This document shows, one piece after another, positions 63,388 to 64,000 of a DNA stretch of 64,000 nucleotides (the first letter of the stretch is position 1; every line of letters starts with the position of its first letter). The notes under the pieces are model-generated. The model was not told where the DNA came from and searched no databases. It worked only from the letters and a program-made list of their open reading frames with translations. This DNA comes from Adineta vaga (taxonomy: Eukaryota; Animalia; Rotifera), in the NCBI GenBank assembly GCA_021613535.1, contig CP075492.1, positions 992,001-1,056,000 on the forward strand, read 5' to 3'. The position numbers and the translations under genes were made by a program.

Positions 63388-64000
63388 GAACGTCCTTAAA
63401 GGACGTTCAGGCTAAAATATTAGTTTTTTCATCCTCCTTCCTGTCTGACGGTGCCTGTTGTTAATCGAACCCCCGGACTTGCAGATCAACTGAGCTGTGC
63501 CGGATAGTAATGCACGCCTCGACCATGTTAACCAAAAATCTTTGGAGAACGCGCTACGCTATCCCATGGTTTCAGACATGTTATAAGAAAACTAAAGAAA
63601 TGAATTACCATTTGTCCAATCTATCCAAGAAAGAAGTGTCCGGATGTATCCGCCTGTCCTGAGAAGCAGATGGATGCAAGTCTAGATAACACGTAAGTTG
63701 ATGGAAGTTCAGTTATCACATAAAATGACATGACTCCTAGTACAATAGCATGCACACTCGGATCGATGCTTACAGCATAAACAATGAGAATTATGAATGA
63801 ACACAGCTTACGACGGAGTTAAACATTAGTCAAGTTAACAAACTCATCGATCAATGCCTACTTTTGTTACAAAAATCAAGGTAGAACGATTAATCAAAAC
63901 GTTACTTGAAATGAACATCTAACAATGTAATTATTTTGTCGGGTTGATTTGATTAATTACCAAGATATCTAAAATCACAATACGTTGTGGCCTGGAAACT
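63388..64000. other. Unidentified GC-richer insertion starting with a palindrome, probably mobile-element derived
   Basis: GAACGTCCTTAAAGGACGTTC at 63388-63408 abuts the break in the Rieske gene. Confidence 0.35.

Noticed and set aside
63420-63520. Hammerhead ribozyme of a Penelope/Terminon-type LTR
   Set aside because: No CTGANGA...GAAA core with supporting stems found

Overview
Strongly AT-rich eukaryotic DNA with many short (about 50-60 nt) GT-AG introns and (TGTGGG)n-type repeats. The gene families (FG-GAP, NHL, F-box-like/LRR, orphan rhodopsin-type GPCRs, ART-TPR ADP-ribosyltransferases, NHL-REJ polycystin) fit a bdelloid rotifer; this is inferred, not shown. The window is a patchwork of intact genes, pseudogenes and gene fragments. 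Four observations stand out. (1) An approximately 8 kb DNA transposon (about 12295-20308), bounded by 32-bp imperfect TIRs and subterminal tandem arrays, encodes a CxC5/CxC6-type KDZ transposase plus an intron-containing DUF3987-like P-loop ATPase. It sits directly against a P-element-like transposon that truncates the gene in (2). (2) A disrupted gene combines a microbial-type PARG macrodomain, many PBZ-like zinc fingers and a putative DarT-like ADP-ribosyltransferase domain. (3) About 19 dispersed palindromes are built from inverted telomere-like repeats (ATCTTGAGGGTGTG...CACACCCTCAAGAT); many lie exactly where genes break off, and the gene does not resume on the far side. (4) An intronless Hog (Hint + SRR-like) protein would release a secreted Cys-rich peptide of only about 30 aa. 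All domain calls are by eye from motifs, and exon boundaries are approximate.
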